Shown here: positions 62,166 to 64,000 of the stretch, one piece after another | Layout of the letters: the number at the start of each line of letters is the position of its first letter | How positions within the stretch are numbered: position 1 is the stretch's first letter | Assembly (NCBI GenBank): GCA_965637545.1 | Contig: OZ281496.1 | Location: 13,082,001-13,146,000, forward strand | DNA: 64,000 nucleotides | Source: Phallusia mammillata | Taxonomy: Eukaryota | Reading direction: 5' to 3' | Notes under the pieces: generated by a model | Databases searched by the model: none | Told to the model about the DNA's origin: nothing | Seen by the model: the letters and a program-made list of their open reading frames with translations, nothing else | Made by a program: the position numbers and the translations under genes

Positions 62166-62879
62166 TTTTTAGAGACGAATAAGGCTAAATTAAATATTGT
62201 GACGACTGACTAATTAAACTTCAAGTGAAGGCTGTTTCCCGTGATTGTCGGTGAGTGTTTTATTTGACTTGTGAACTAAATTAATTTATGGCTTTTATGT
62301 GTGACTTATGGCATGCTGAATTTTCTATAGTGCTTGCAGCGATTGTTTCATCGTCTTGCAACTGTTGATACGTGTACTGTACCTGTTGACCTGTGTCGCA
62401 AAATAGTTGGTAAGTTAGACATTGGCATTTTTGCGCGTTGACATATGTCAATGTGTTTCGTTTTCTTGTTTAGAAAACCGTTCCCGTCTTCGTTCCCGTT
62501 TTCGTTCTCAACCCTGTTTCTGTCCGTTCCTGATTGTGTACGACGTTGTGGTTGTTGCCGCTGTTGTCGCTGTGGATTATTACACGTGATTCGGGAAGTG
62601 TGATTTGTGTGGGAAAGGGCGGGGCGTGTTTCAACGTGACAAACCCCTTTGTGAGGCTCAGCCTTGCAGGTCGGCCGTTCAGAGTCTACAACAATTGTTG
62701 TCTTCTTTGAGCTGAATTTCTTCTAATTGTTCTTCTAGATCTCCCTGGTAAATAAAAAAAAAGGGTTAATACAAAAAACTGTAATCTTTTACGTTTCTGG
62801 CATGTAAAAGTTTCATAATAACCTGTTATATTGAAGAAGCAAAGATTGTCGGTCCAGTAGAGGGTGAGGGCAGTTCTTC

Positions 62880-63730
62880 GGCCTGGCCAGTGGTTTGAGA
62901 TGTTGATGGTTGTGTAGGGTCATGAAAGACTTGGCTGGTTTGGGGCTGTTGTTGGGAGCGGCCAGTGGTTTATGATGTTGATGGTTGTGTATGATTATGA
63001 AAGACTTGGCTGGTTTGGGGCTGTTGTTGGGAGGGGCCAGGGGTTTGGGATGTTGATGGTTGTGTAGGGTCATGAAAGACTTGGCTGGTTTGGGGCTGTT
63101 GTTGGGAGCGGCCAGTGGTTTATGATGTTGATGGTTGTGTATGGTCATGAAAGACTTGGCTGGTTTAGGGCTATTGTTGGGAGGGGCCAGGGGTTTGGGA
63201 TGTTGATGGTTGTGTAGGGTCATGAAAGACTTGGCTGGTTTGGGGCTGTTGTTGGGAGGGATCAGGGGTTTGGGATGTTGATGGTTGTGTAGGGTCATGA
63301 AAGACTTGGCTGGTTAGGGGCTGTTGTTGGGATGTTGATGGTTGTGTAGGGTCATGAAAGACTTGGCTGGTTAGGGGCTGTTGTTGGGAGGGGCCAGGGG
63401 TTTGGGATGTCGATGGTTGTGTGGCGTCGTGAAAGACTTGGCTGGTTTAGGGCTGTTGTTGGGAGGGGCCAGGGGTTTGGGATGTTGATGGTTGTGTAGG
63501 GTCATGAAAGACTTGGCTGGTTTGGGGCTGTTGTTGGGAGGGATCAGGGGTTTGGGATGTTGATGGTTGTGTAGGGTCATGAAAGACTTGGCTGGTTTGG
63601 GGCTGTTGTTGGGATGTTGATGGTTGTGTAGGGTCATGAAAGACTTGGCTGGTTTGGGGCTGTTGTTGAGAGGGGCCAGGGGTTTGGGATGTTGATGGTT
63701 GTGTGGCGTCATGAAAAGGCTGGTTTGGGG
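62880..63730 (-). repeat. 75-bp minisatellite with 57-bp variants, about 12 units
   Basis: 25-aa repeat MTLHNHQHPKPLAPPNNSPKPAKSF in one frame and QPSTSQTPGPSQQQPQTSQVFHDPT in another; point-mutation stops in both. Confidence 0.92.
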
Positions 63731-63782
63731 CTATATAAAACATACACCTATAAAACTTACTTTGAAAAAAAAATTCACTCAC

Positions 63783-63936
63783 CTTTGCAGCTGACAAAAC
63801 CGCTGGTACGGTATAAATCTAAAAAATAATTGATGTATATTGAACCCTTAGGACTATGCAATACATAAAAACAATTTTACTTCACAATAAAACCCTAATC
63901 TTACCTCTTTTCTCTTGGTTTTAAGTTCCGTTTTCT
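63783..63936 (-). other. Two candidate micro-exons (63905-63936 and 63783-63818) upstream of the repeat
   Basis: TTTGTTGCAG..GTAAGA and TTTTTTAG..GTGAGT splice signals; a further acceptor TTTTATATAG just upstream of the repeat near 63732. Confidence 0.45.
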
Positions 63937-64000
63937 CTGCAACAAACACAATATTTTGAATTATTTATATTGAACTTTTACATTAGCTATTTTACATTTA

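Noticed and set aside
1-64000. tRNA, rRNA or spliced-leader RNA genes
   Set aside because: No cloverleaf with A/B boxes, rRNA-like stretch or SL sequence seen; GGTTCGA at ~25041 lies inside a MITE.

Overview
AT-rich eukaryotic (invertebrate; a tunicate/ascidian origin is my inference from 54-81 bp introns and the zinc-finger style) genomic DNA; no prokaryotic features, CRISPR, rRNA or tRNA genes. 1-37 kb: a cluster of six tandem C2H2 zinc-finger genes/pseudogenes with no KRAB/ZAD-type domain visible, including a ~3 kb inverted duplication. These sit among a Gypsy remnant, many Buster-type hAT MITEs with 8-bp TSDs, Harbinger, pogo, piggyBac, MULE and P-like elements. At 14.0-16.9 kb a stop-free, spliceable 596-aa chimeric frame joins a Harbinger transposase N-terminus to a hAT catalytic core. 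39-56 kb: an OvoA-like methyltransferase pseudogene whose intron appears to hold a four-deep TE stack: hAT MITE > SPIN-like hAT > Zisupton-like element with Ulp1 protease motifs > LINE with intact EN-RT ORF, plus MITEs. 57-64 kb: a Sola-like remnant, an intron-rich two-gene Harbinger whose transposase has one nonsense codon, and a 75-bp minisatellite with micro-exons. All family calls come from motifs and manual translation; no database search was run.
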